In this document: positions 46,066 through 55,770 of the stretch, one piece after another
How positions within the stretch are numbered: position 1 is the stretch's first letter
Layout: the number at the start of each line of letters is the position of its first letter
IMG/VR virus record: IMGVR_UViG_3300032285_003287
Coordinates: 1 to 64,000 of that record
Length of the DNA: 64,000 nucleotides
Strand: one strand, 5' to 3'
From: a virus
Translations under genes and position numbers: made by a program
Notes under the pieces: model-generated
What the model saw: only the letters and a program-made list of their open reading frames with translations
What the model was told of the DNA's origin: nothing
Databases searched by the model: none

Positions 46066-47147
46066 TGAATTTAAATCGTGCAACTCGTTTGTATGTTGGA
46101 TCTAAACTTTCATCTGCAATAGTTGAAACAGATTCGGTATCAAATTTTTATGCACATACTCCATTATTAATATCTAAAATAATTACTGGGAATAGGAGTT
46201 TAAATAAATATGGTGCCGACACATTAACAATAAGCAGCAATAATACATATACTGGCAAATCTTATATAAATAGCGGAACTTTAATATTGGCGTCTGATAG
46301 TAATACGTTAGGAAGTGGGCCTGTATATTTTTCTAGTGGTACAACTTTAAAAACAGCGACTGCAACTTCATTAAATAATAATATATATTTATATTCAGGA
46401 TCTTTAACTTTGGAAGTAACTAGTGGTAATCTTGGGATATATGGCAATCTATATGGATCTGGAATAATAACACAATCTTCAGCGTTAAGTGCTCCGGTTA
46501 GAAACGTAATATTTTCTGGAGATAATAGTAATTTTAGTGGAACATTTTTTGAGGACAATAATACGCAAAACCGTACGTCTTTTAATTCCCCTACCGCTGG
46601 AAGTGATAGCGCTATATGGCGATTTGATCGTAATATAGCCGGAGGTGCAGCAATTAATTTATTAAATGGTGGTATTATAAATTTTGGACAAATAACTGGT
46701 GGCGGTAGAACTAACGGTGGAGGACTAAGAATAAATACTACTGGAACAACAATAAAAATTGGAGCTTTAAATACCAACTCTACATTTGCCGGAGTTATTC
46801 AGCAGGGGAATATTAATACATCTGGCTCTATAATTAAAACTGGAAATGGTACTTTTACGTTGTCGAATTTAAATACGTATAATGGCAAGACAACAATAAC
46901 TGGTGGAGCGCTGTATATTGTAAATACGGGAAGTTTTCCTATCAATCCTTCTAATAAGTTATCTTCTGCGCTTTTGACATCAACAGATTCCATAACTTTC
47001 ACTTTCGGTACCGCACCGATAATTGGAGAATCATATAGAATACTTAGTGGAATTACGACAAATACTTATACGAATATAACATTTGTAAATGGCGGCGGAA
47101 GAACTGGTTCTTATAATTCATTAAACTCAACTTTAACTATTGCATAA
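46065..47147 (+). CDS. autotransporter-associated beta-strand repeat (PATR) protein
   Basis: LNKYGADTLTISSNNTYTGKSYINSGTL and IIKTGNGTFTLSNLNTYNGKTTITGGAL. Confidence 0.8.
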   Translation: MNLNRATRLYVGSKLSSAIVETDSVSNFYAHTPLLISKIITGNRSLNKYGADTLTISSNNTYTGKSYINSGTLILASDSNTLGSGPVYFSSGTTLKTATATSLNNNIYLYSGSLTLEVTSGNLGIYGNLYGSGIITQSSALSAPVRNVIFSGDNSNFSGTFFEDNNTQNRTSFNSPTAGSDSAIWRFDRNIAGGAAINLLNGGIINFGQITGGGRTNGGGLRINTTGTTIKIGALNTNSTFAGVIQQGNINTSGSIIKTGNGTFTLSNLNTYNGKTTITGGALYIVNTGSFPINPSNKLSSALLTSTDSITFTFGTAPIIGESYRILSGITTNTYTNITFVNGGGRTGSYNSLNSTLTIA

Positions 47148-47149
47148 AT

Positions 47150-47410
47150 ATGATTATTACACCTAATGACAACGGATGGAGTATAAGTGAACAGCCCGCT
47201 ATAGGAGAGTGGCATTTAGTATTTGACGATAAAAATATAATTTCTTTTTTTCAAGCGGAAGGAATAACGTCTACACAATTAAATCTATTTGTGGGAAAAA
47301 AAACCGAATGCGATGATTTTATATCTATAAATAATTTACAGATAAAATTTGAATTACCAGTAGATAATCTAGAACCGTCTATCATACTTGAGGATGATGG
47401 TACTAATTAA
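47150..47410 (+). CDS. hypothetical protein (possible fibre chaperone)
   Basis: Directly follows the PATR gene. Confidence 0.6.
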   Translation: MIITPNDNGWSISEQPAIGEWHLVFDDKNIISFFQAEGITSTQLNLFVGKKTECDDFISINNLQIKFELPVDNLEPSIILEDDGTN

Positions 47411-47459
47411 TAATTTATATCTCTGTAGAGATTTATGCGTTGGTGGTGTAATATAAAAT

Positions 47460-48038
47460 ATGAAGATATTTAGACTGGCGCTTTTTTCTCTATTAATGAG
47501 CGGATGTACCATTTATACGGAAAAGCAGTCCGAAGCGGTGAGCGAAAATGTTTATGCGGCAAACGAATCTATTGCAAAAGCAAGAGTGGATTTGGCGCAG
47601 TTCTATTCAAATGAGACCACAAAGTTCATTAAACCCCCAAAACATCCTATTAAAATAAATTCTATATATCAGGCTGGAGAAGTGGTTAAAAATTCCAAAC
47701 AGGCAGAGAAAACACGGGTTGTGATAGTTCCTGATGAATATAAAAACGATAAACTAGTGGTAGTTGGGTCTACTGAGTATGATAATCTTCTAAAAGATAG
47801 TGCTATTAAAAAACAGTTAGAAGAAGACAATAAAAATAAAGCCAGTCAGTTAAAAACTAATGATATAGAGCTACAAAAACAAAGAGATATGTCAGATAAA
47901 ATGATAATAGATCTAAACAATTTACAGAAAAAAGTAATAACTAAAGATTTGGTTATATTAAGATTATGGACTGCCTTAGTTAGTACTTGGATAATTTTTG
48001 CTGGCGCAGTTTATTTAAGAATTAAAGGAGTATTATAA
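47460..48038 (+). CDS. lipoprotein with C-terminal TM helix; putative unimolecular spanin
   Basis: Lipobox LMSG|C, coiled coil, C-terminal TM; located in the lysis cassette. Confidence 0.6.
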   Translation: MKIFRLALFSLLMSGCTIYTEKQSEAVSENVYAANESIAKARVDLAQFYSNETTKFIKPPKHPIKINSIYQAGEVVKNSKQAEKTRVVIVPDEYKNDKLVVVGSTEYDNLLKDSAIKKQLEEDNKNKASQLKTNDIELQKQRDMSDKMIIDLNNLQKKVITKDLVILRLWTALVSTWIIFAGAVYLRIKGVL

Positions 48039-48039
48039 T

Positions 48040-48159
48040 ATGAATAAATTAAAAGAAATATCTGGTATAATTGTGCAGTGGGCTAAAGATAATCCTAAGC
48101 AGGCTTTAGTTATTGGTATATTTATAGCTGGATTTATCCTAGGGGCTATTATATTCTAA
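48040..48159 (+). CDS. small membrane protein (39 aa)
   Basis: MNKLKEISGIIVQWAKDNPKQALVIGIFIAGFILGAIIF. Confidence 0.6.
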   Translation: MNKLKEISGIIVQWAKDNPKQALVIGIFIAGFILGAIIF

Positions 48160-48617
48160 TGTTTGATAGTATAGTCAATATAGCGCAAACGGCAGTAGCC
48201 TTTTTAACAAACGGTAAGGCGCCGCCAAATACTCCTCCAGAGCTAGAGAAGAAAATGGAGGATACTAATCATCTTGCATCTAAGAAGTTTTTTATTATAA
48301 TGACTTCTTTATTGATTATTGTTAGTATGTTTTTTATTGCTGTTGCTATACTGTTTTTTATACCTAAAGATCATGATATAGTTATTACTACATATGCCAC
48401 AATATTTACTAAAATAATGGAGCAAATAGCTCTAGTTATATCTGTTTATATTGGCGCGCAAGGACTTGTTGATTTGAGGTTTAATAGTTCTTCTAGCGCT
48501 TCAGTCGAAGGTAATGCAGAGTCGTCTACTGAAAATAAAAATGTAAATTTAAACCAAAACATTTTAACTAATAACGGCAAGGAAGAAGACTATAATATAT
48601 CAGAAGTAGACGTATGA
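48159..48617 (+). CDS. putative holin
   Basis: SKKFF followed by two TM segments, YIGAQGLVD; immediately upstream of the endolysin. Confidence 0.65.
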   Translation: MFDSIVNIAQTAVAFLTNGKAPPNTPPELEKKMEDTNHLASKKFFIIMTSLLIIVSMFFIAVAILFFIPKDHDIVITTYATIFTKIMEQIALVISVYIGAQGLVDLRFNSSSSASVEGNAESSTENKNVNLNQNILTNNGKEEDYNISEVDV

Positions 48618-49228
48618 AAAATCCTTCCGCAAAAGCCCTTTCTTTAGTTTTGGAATATGAGGTTGGCGGTAGCGAATCTTATTATGAAAAATACTTAACT
48701 GGACCAACTTGGCCCGGCGGTGCAAGTGGCATGACATTAGCTATTGGTATAGATTGTGGATACTATACACCTAATGAACTACAGCAGATTTTTAACTTCT
48801 TACCTAGCGATCAGCTTAAGGCGGTGCAGGGCGCTAGCGGTAAAACCGGTCAAAGTGGCAAAGAATATACGCAATCTGTGGCAGGTTTAGGTATTAAAAT
48901 AACATGGAAACAAGCTATTGAAATCTTTGATAAATATACTTGGCCAAAATTTGCAAGACTTGCTGAAAGAACCTTTCCCGGATTGGATCAGCTATGCGAT
49001 AACGCATATGGTGCTATTGTTTCACTGGTATTTAATCGTGGGACTAGTTTGGTGGGCGATAGTCGCAGAGAAATGAGAGAAATAAAAGATCTAGTAGCAA
49101 AAAAAGATTATCGCAGTATAGCAATAGAATTACAGAAGATGAAAAGGGTTTGGAAAGGTAAGGGGTTGGATGGGCTTTTAGCAAGAAGAGATGCTGAGGC
49201 AGCACTAGTTCTTTCGTGTGTAAATTAA
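48614..49228 (+). CDS. endolysin (pesticin/T4 lysozyme-like muramidase)
   Basis: YEVGG...PTWPGGASGMTLAIGIDCG...GAIVSLVFNRG...GLLARRDAEA. Confidence 0.85.
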   Translation: MKNPSAKALSLVLEYEVGGSESYYEKYLTGPTWPGGASGMTLAIGIDCGYYTPNELQQIFNFLPSDQLKAVQGASGKTGQSGKEYTQSVAGLGIKITWKQAIEIFDKYTWPKFARLAERTFPGLDQLCDNAYGAIVSLVFNRGTSLVGDSRREMREIKDLVAKKDYRSIAIELQKMKRVWKGKGLDGLLARRDAEAALVLSCVN

Positions 49229-49264
49229 TTTGTTTTCTGTGTATAATATTATTATTATATACAT

Positions 49265-51040
49265 ATGATTATTGTTGATAACTCTAACGCACCCGGATTT
49301 GATCTTAATAACCTAGAATACAGTCCCGGAAAGCAAGTTAATATATGCGCATTTGAGTTATTAAAAAACCAAGACAATAAGATTATAGTCAATAGAGAGT
49401 TAAAAAATATTGCTCCCGTTTCTAATAGCAGTGTAAATTTAAACATGGATAAATTCAAGTATTATGCCCGTTTTGATGGCATCGTTGTTCAAGCTAGAGT
49501 AAATGTTGATGAGGATAAATATCTAGCTGTTGCCTCTATAGACCAATTAAAGAATTATCTACCAAATAGCGTAGATCTAGATGTTAATAAGGATCTAATG
49601 GGCGTTGCTTTTGATGCCTTTGTCGTAAATCGTGGCAACAAGAATGGGCATATGATTGGAACCCAGAATGCACTAGCAATGGTTTCTAACTTTGTAAATA
49701 AACCGTTTAATATAGAGCATAATCGTAAGACGGTAATTGGTTTTTGTACCGGATATGGATTCAGTGAGTTTGGTACAAGTAATCCACTAACATTAGAGCA
49801 GGTCTCTGCAATGACCGAGCCATTTAACGTAGTTCTTTCTGGATATGTATGGAAGATTACAAACCCTGAGTTTGCAGAGGAGCTTGTTGAGAGTAGTGAC
49901 CCAAGTTCTGATAAATACCTATCTGTTAGCGCTAGCTGGGAGCTAGGCTTCAATGAATTTAACATTGCTGAGGGAAGCAAGAATCTAAATGAAGCAACAA
50001 TAATCGAAGATGAGGAAGAGATACTAAAGCATAAAGATGACCTAAAAGTTTTCGGCGGAAGCGGTATCTCTACAATCTCTGGAAAGCAAATTTTCTTAAA
50101 TTTACAAGGTAATATATTACCATTGGGAATTGGTTTTACCAATAATCCTGCTGCTGAAGTCAAGGGCGTAGTTATATCCTATGACAAACCAGAGGACACT
50201 AAAAACGAAAAAGAAGACAATGAAATTAATAAAAAAAGTGTCTCCTCCGAAATTAAAGATGTAAAAAAGATTATGCAAATCAATCAGATTGAAGATATCA
50301 CAGAAGACACAATGAAGGAAGCTTCTGCTAGTGCAGTTCGCGAGTTCATTTCCAACAAGATCACAGAACTAGCTAAAGACTGGACCGCAAAGGTTGAAGA
50401 GAAAGAGAATTCTCTAAAGGCCGCGCAGGAAGAACTAGCTGCTCTAAAAACTGACTTAGAGGCAATCAAGGCCGAGAGTGAGAAGGTAAGAGCTGAGTTT
50501 TCCGAGGTACAGGAGAACATCAGGAAGCAAGAGATTGAAGCAACGTTCCAGCGCCGTATGGCCCTAATCGATGAAGAGTTCGACCTAACTGATGCTGATC
50601 GCACTATTGTTGCCGAAGACCTTCAGGCTATCAATGACGAAGAGTCTTTCGACAAGTGGTATAATAAATTTGCAACCTTAGCCGAAGCCAAGAAGAAGAG
50701 TGCCAAAAAGGACTCCGAGCAGAAGACAGAGACTAAGGACGATACTGGTACATCCGAGACTTCTTATAGCAAGAAGCAGGACAATAAGGACGAAGAAAAG
50801 TCCGAGAAGAAAGACGACAAAAAAGAAGAGAAGGATGAAGAGGTAGAGGCCGATGAAGATGCAATGGCCGACAAGAAAGACAAAAAGGCCAACGCTTCTG
50901 AGAAGACAGTTGAAGAGGTTGTCAATAGTGTCGAGATCGAAGCAGCTCTAATTCCTAATGCTGCTGCACCTAATGAGCTTTCCCTAATGGAAAAAATTAG
51001 TGCCGCTTTCAATAAATCCAGTGTAAAGATAAAAAGATAA
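49265..51040 (+). CDS. prohead protease-scaffold fusion (probable starts at 49445 and 50273)
   Basis: NRGNKNGH, NIEHNRK, SASWELGF protease-like part; acidic coiled-coil C-terminal half; upstream of the capsid genes. Confidence 0.75.
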   Translation: MIIVDNSNAPGFDLNNLEYSPGKQVNICAFELLKNQDNKIIVNRELKNIAPVSNSSVNLNMDKFKYYARFDGIVVQARVNVDEDKYLAVASIDQLKNYLPNSVDLDVNKDLMGVAFDAFVVNRGNKNGHMIGTQNALAMVSNFVNKPFNIEHNRKTVIGFCTGYGFSEFGTSNPLTLEQVSAMTEPFNVVLSGYVWKITNPEFAEELVESSDPSSDKYLSVSASWELGFNEFNIAEGSKNLNEATIIEDEEEILKHKDDLKVFGGSGISTISGKQIFLNLQGNILPLGIGFTNNPAAEVKGVVISYDKPEDTKNEKEDNEINKKSVSSEIKDVKKIMQINQIEDITEDTMKEASASAVREFISNKITELAKDWTAKVEEKENSLKAAQEELAALKTDLEAIKAESEKVRAEFSEVQENIRKQEIEATFQRRMALIDEEFDLTDADRTIVAEDLQAINDEESFDKWYNKFATLAEAKKKSAKKDSEQKTETKDDTGTSETSYSKKQDNKDEEKSEKKDDKKEEKDEEVEADEDAMADKKDKKANASEKTVEEVVNSVEIEAALIPNAAAPNELSLMEKISAAFNKSSVKIKR

Positions 51041-51072
51041 TTATATCTAAAACAATTTAACTAAACAAACTT

Positions 51073-51609
51073 ATGCCTACATTAAGACCATACAATGACC
51101 ATAGCGAACATGAGGTTATCAATCTGTTCACTGTCACTGGCGATCTTCCTCGCGGAACTTTCGTCACGGCAGCTGATCAGGGAGTAAACCTTTCTGACGC
51201 TAACACAATCGGACAGCTTTCCCCATTCGGGAATACTGTTTCTGCCGTATTCAACGTTCCTTGGAACGCAGTTGCTGCTCCTTCGGGCACAGCAAAGGCT
51301 TCTGTTATCGGAGCAACTCTAAAGGATTTCCGCACATACGACGAGAATGGCGAGAAGCTACTTTTCCACCCACGCAAAGCGGCCGAAATGGACGTTATCA
51401 TTAGTGGGCAAGCAGTTCCTGTTCTAACACGTGGTATCGTTCTATACAGTGGTATCGTTGGTACTCCTGGTTATGGAAGTGGAGCAGCCGTTTCCGACGC
51501 CGGAGATGGCAGTATTAAGGTTGTGGCTTATAACCCAGCAACTTCAATCGGTAAGTTCTTAGGACCTAAGAACGCCGCTGGACACGCCCTTCTAAAGATC
51601 GAGCTATAA
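51073..51609 (+). CDS. capsid decoration/cement protein
   Basis: Between scaffold and MCP; SGQAVPVLTRG. Confidence 0.7.
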   Translation: MPTLRPYNDHSEHEVINLFTVTGDLPRGTFVTAADQGVNLSDANTIGQLSPFGNTVSAVFNVPWNAVAAPSGTAKASVIGATLKDFRTYDENGEKLLFHPRKAAEMDVIISGQAVPVLTRGIVLYSGIVGTPGYGSGAAVSDAGDGSIKVVAYNPATSIGKFLGPKNAAGHALLKIEL

Positions 51610-51633
51610 TCCTAACTAACACATTTTAAACAC

Positions 51634-52770
51634 ATGAAAATTCAATTCGAAAAAAACCCAGAGCAGATCGAGCTAATCAAGGCCCTTGCATCGGAAAACA
51701 AAACCGTTGCAGTACAGGCCCAAGAGGCATTCGCTGCATTCATTAGTGACGTAGTATTACAGGTTCTACTACAGGCTTCCACAGCCGGTTTAGTATACCG
51801 TGATATCGAGTTTGATGAGGACGATCAGCCCTCCATCCCGCTTGACCTATACTATGGACAGACAGAGGGAACAATTTCCGTCTGGAGTCAGACAGTCGGT
51901 GGTGGGCTACCAAGTAGTTTCGTTCAGGGAATGAACGAGATGAAGGTTAACACCTATCGTCTAGACAGTGCTATCTCCATGGAGAAGCGCTATGTTCGCC
52001 GCGCACGTCTTGACGTTGTCGCCGCTGGACTAGAGCGTATGGCAAACGAGCTTCTTGTAAAGCAAGAGCGTAACGCATGGGCAGTTGTTCTAAAGGCGCT
52101 AGCCGAAGCACAGACATTTGGTAAGGATCACGTTCAGCGTGTTCAGACAAATGGCGTGTTCCAGTTAGACGACATGAACAAGCTATGGACTCTAATCCGT
52201 AGAATCAATGCTGCTTACACAGGCGGTACTCCAAGTAACCTACAGTTCCGTGGTCTAACTGACATCTTCGTCAGTCCTGAGATCAAGGAGCAGATCCGTG
52301 GGTTTGCTTATCAGCCAATGAACACACGTGCTGGTTCCCTAAATGGAACAAGTAGTGCTGGTTATGCCGCAACATCCGTTGCTCTTCCTGACAGTGTTCG
52401 CGAGGAAATCTATCGCGGGGCAGGTACACAGGAGATCTTCGGTGTGACAATTCACGAGCTACTAGAACTAGGTGCTGGACGTAAGTACAATGACCTATTC
52501 GGAGCTTTCAGTAGTAAGTCGTATGCCGATTACGCTGGTGGACAGAGTGCAACTTTCACAAGTGCAACTGACGACCTAATCATCGGTGTTGACTCCACAC
52601 GTAACGCTTTCCTACGCCCAGTCGCCATCCAGAGCGAGAGCCGCGGACAGGTCAAGGTTCTTCCTGATGACCAGTTCCTAGCTCGTAGCCAGAAGGTCGG
52701 TTTCTACAGTTATGTAGAAGAGGGCCGCGTAGTAACTGACGCTCGTGCGGTTGTTGGACTACTAGTCTAA
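51634..52770 (+). CDS. major capsid protein
   Basis: 378 aa, strongly biased codons, canonical position, strong terminator after it. Confidence 0.8.
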   Translation: MKIQFEKNPEQIELIKALASENKTVAVQAQEAFAAFISDVVLQVLLQASTAGLVYRDIEFDEDDQPSIPLDLYYGQTEGTISVWSQTVGGGLPSSFVQGMNEMKVNTYRLDSAISMEKRYVRRARLDVVAAGLERMANELLVKQERNAWAVVLKALAEAQTFGKDHVQRVQTNGVFQLDDMNKLWTLIRRINAAYTGGTPSNLQFRGLTDIFVSPEIKEQIRGFAYQPMNTRAGSLNGTSSAGYAATSVALPDSVREEIYRGAGTQEIFGVTIHELLELGAGRKYNDLFGAFSSKSYADYAGGQSATFTSATDDLIIGVDSTRNAFLRPVAIQSESRGQVKVLPDDQFLARSQKVGFYSYVEEGRVVTDARAVVGLLV

Positions 52771-52792
52771 TACTGACAAAAAGTTAATCAAG

Positions 52793-52825
52793 AAACCCCT
52801 CTGGAAACAGAGGGGTTTTTCTTTT
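52793..52825 (+). terminator. intrinsic terminator
   Basis: aaacccctctg-GAAA-cagaggggttt followed by a T-tract. Confidence 0.9.
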
Positions 52826-52878
52826 GTATATTTAATTAAATAAATTTTAATTATACAGCACCTACGTTTATAATAAGT

Positions 52879-53256
52879 ATGGCAACTAAAAAGAAGAAAA
52901 ATGTAACTTTAAACGCGTCTGTTCAGGTTGACGGCAAGGCCCAGTCTGGTAATGTTCCAGAGAGTTTATATGGGTCGCTGGATCAGATTCTAGGAGAAAA
53001 CATCTCGGTATACAAAGCCGGTACGGTAGATGAATATCGCGCCCAAATTGCTGAAATGAATCAAACTGACTTACAAACACATGCCCTAAAGATTGGCCTG
53101 ATTCCAATTGAGGACAGAAGAATTTTGGTTGGCAGACTAGTGCAGGAGTTTGAGCGCTGGCATTCAAAGATGCAGCCGCAGGGCAATGTTCGCGGCGCAA
53201 AGAAGATAGAAGATATTGACGAAAAAGCCAGAAAGATATTAAGAGAAGGCGCGTAA
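52879..53256 (+). CDS. hypothetical virion-module protein
   Basis: Position after MCP. Confidence 0.75.
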   Translation: MATKKKKNVTLNASVQVDGKAQSGNVPESLYGSLDQILGENISVYKAGTVDEYRAQIAEMNQTDLQTHALKIGLIPIEDRRILVGRLVQEFERWHSKMQPQGNVRGAKKIEDIDEKARKILREGA

Positions 53257-53283
53257 TACCACATAATCTGTGTAAATTATTAT

Positions 53284-53826
53284 GTGAGCGACTTCAATAA
53301 TTTCGTAAATAATATCTATAACGAACTAGACCAGCCATCAGATTATTCTCCAGCGAGAATAAGTGGCTGGTTTTTAGATTCTTCTAATGTTGGAAACCTT
53401 AATAACCTAATCGGCACATCGTTTGTTCCGAGCGGTTTTTATAACGATTCTGGCGCTCTTACGGGCTATGGTATAGTGCCAGCTATAAGCGGAAACGAGC
53501 TTGGTATATTTAAATTGCTTTTTGAATATAATTATTATTATAGATTATCAAGATATACAGCAACCAGTATAATGACAGTAGGTCAGGACTGGATAAATCT
53601 TCAAGAAGGTGACAGCAAAATTACTAGAATTAACTACAATGAAGTTAGTAAAAATTTACGTGGGCTAGCCAAGGACGCAAAAGAAACGCTAGATAAGGCC
53701 GTTAAGATGTATCTAAAATACGGCGCAATACCACAACAGGTAGTAGGTGACGATACTATAGGTATTAGTAACTATATTTCAACAAGCGAGGATAGGGGTA
53801 CAATTAAAGATGACTTCTTATACTAA
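53284..53826 (+). CDS. putative head-tail adaptor
   Basis: Position; LQEGDSKITR; GTGTAA-N8-GTG. Confidence 0.6.
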   Translation: MSDFNNFVNNIYNELDQPSDYSPARISGWFLDSSNVGNLNNLIGTSFVPSGFYNDSGALTGYGIVPAISGNELGIFKLLFEYNYYYRLSRYTATSIMTVGQDWINLQEGDSKITRINYNEVSKNLRGLAKDAKETLDKAVKMYLKYGAIPQQVVGDDTIGISNYISTSEDRGTIKDDFLY

Positions 53827-54260
53827 TGAACTATTTTAATAATGCGCAAAAGTCTGCCTATAGTAAACCATTCTATGATTTACATGATACGTTTTCGCGT
53901 AAAATAATAGTATATAAACACCCTAATGCAACATTAATATCTAGTCAACCAGATTATAATTTTCTATACTCTCAGCAAACTGAGGCGCAAGTCGAATATA
54001 CTCCTGTAAGCGGTGTTTTTCCAGCAACAATTAAATGGGAGCATGCATATAAAATCAATGATGCAAGAGATATTCGTCCAACAATTTTTGGTAATTATTG
54101 CCGTTTAAAGGTAAAGGCCGATGCGCTTGCTTTTATAAGTGGAGCGCGTGGACAAAGAATAGAAGTAGATGGACGTACTGTTAACTGGATAGGTAGTAGC
54201 GAAGTTCACGGACTGTTTACTGGAGACTTTTATCACATATACCTAAGGGAGGGAGAATAA
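53826..54260 (+). CDS. putative head closure protein
   Basis: Position; beta-rich, RIEVDGR. Confidence 0.55.
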   Translation: MNYFNNAQKSAYSKPFYDLHDTFSRKIIVYKHPNATLISSQPDYNFLYSQQTEAQVEYTPVSGVFPATIKWEHAYKINDARDIRPTIFGNYCRLKVKADALAFISGARGQRIEVDGRTVNWIGSSEVHGLFTGDFYHIYLREGE

Positions 54261-54261
54261 T

Positions 54262-54837
54262 ATGGGAATGAGTATGGAGAAAATTAGGCTTGAAATATTA
54301 AATAATCCGGGTCTAGAAGCAGAAGCAAGAAAGCTGGCTAAACAGATACTGCAAGAAAATAAACAGGAACTAATTAACGAGTTTAATGCTCATCCTGTTA
54401 CTATGGAAATTGAAGCCGGACCTAGTGCCTCTAATAGGTCAGGGACTCTAGGTAGCAAGGGTAATCTATTTTCTTTTATTGGTTTTAGCGAAGGAGACTC
54501 TCCGCTAGAGCCAGTTAGGGCACTTCTTGATAAGATACAGCTCGCTAGTACTAGAGCCATAAAGTCTGGGGCAGTTGTAGAATTTAAAGTTAACCTTCCC
54601 AGTAAGAGTGAGTTTGAAAGTGCTAGTAAAATGCCTTGGGAGAGCGGTCGTAGTTGGCTATATGATATAGAGCGCGCAATATCTGGACTTGGCAACTATT
54701 TATATGGTAGATTCCAGAACTCTAGATCTGGAACTGGAGTTCAGTTAGAGAAAAGTGTTACCAGTCAAACATTTACTCCTGTTAAATATTTTGGCACTAT
54801 GCTAGATAAATTCGTTAATAAATTAAAAGGAATATAA
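54262..54837 (+). CDS. putative neck/tail completion protein
   Basis: Position in the neck module. Confidence 0.55.
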   Translation: MGMSMEKIRLEILNNPGLEAEARKLAKQILQENKQELINEFNAHPVTMEIEAGPSASNRSGTLGSKGNLFSFIGFSEGDSPLEPVRALLDKIQLASTRAIKSGAVVEFKVNLPSKSEFESASKMPWESGRSWLYDIERAISGLGNYLYGRFQNSRSGTGVQLEKSVTSQTFTPVKYFGTMLDKFVNKLKGI

Positions 54838-54838
54838 T

Positions 54839-55693
54839 ATGAAACCATCTTACATGACAAATTTGATGTCTAGTTTTTATTTATGGCTAGACCATGAGCT
54901 TGCTAGCGTTGGGCAGGCTTTTACTGTAACTAGCGGCAAGCTATATAAATCAGAAGATAGAAATTATGGGCAGCATAACGTTTATAGCTCGCCTTTTAGA
55001 CAGTGGGTTTCTGATAGCAGTATAAGCGGAGCTTTTATTCCTAGTGAGATATATATAAATGGAATAAGTGTTGATAGGTCTAGTGGCATAACTATTAATT
55101 ATAATAAGGGAGAGGTATTACTGGATAAAGTACTTGGAGAGCCCAATAGTGTTACTGCCAGATATACTAAAAAAGATTTTAATATATATTATACAGACGA
55201 AAGGGAGGAGAACTTATTATTTGAAAGCGCCCATACATTGACGCCCAAGTTCAATCAGGTTTCTGGGGGCCTAAATGGCGATGATCAACCATTTCCTTGT
55301 ATTTTTATAAAGAATACTTCCTATGAGAATAAGCCATACGCAATAGGTGGGCAAGATAAAACGTTAACTACTATAAGGTGTATTATTCTTTCTGATAATA
55401 TGTATTTATTAGATGGGGCAATTGCTGTTATGGCCGATACTGCAAGAAAGGTATTTCCCGTAGTTCCTCCGTCTGAGTTGCCATATGATTATTATGGCGA
55501 CATTAAGTCTGGGCAGGAATATAGATATTCACAATTAACTACCCAGCAAAATACAAATCTAGTATACATAGATAGGGTAACTGTATCAAGATTAGATGAA
55601 ATAAGAAATAAACATATCAATCTTAAGGTTGTGGCTGCTTTAGTGGATTTTGAGCTATGGCAAGCCAGAAACCCAAGAGCATATGCTGTATAA
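54839..55693 (+). CDS. putative tail terminator protein
   Basis: PFPCIFIKN; immediately before the tail tube gene. Confidence 0.5.
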   Translation: MKPSYMTNLMSSFYLWLDHELASVGQAFTVTSGKLYKSEDRNYGQHNVYSSPFRQWVSDSSISGAFIPSEIYINGISVDRSSGITINYNKGEVLLDKVLGEPNSVTARYTKKDFNIYYTDEREENLLFESAHTLTPKFNQVSGGLNGDDQPFPCIFIKNTSYENKPYAIGGQDKTLTTIRCIILSDNMYLLDGAIAVMADTARKVFPVVPPSELPYDYYGDIKSGQEYRYSQLTTQQNTNLVYIDRVTVSRLDEIRNKHINLKVVAALVDFELWQARNPRAYAV

Positions 55694-55770
55694 TATATTT
55701 CCCAAAAATTCTCTTTTAAAGTGTCTTGAGGGAGCGCGTTAATGTAATTAAATAGAGAACTCCTAAAATT

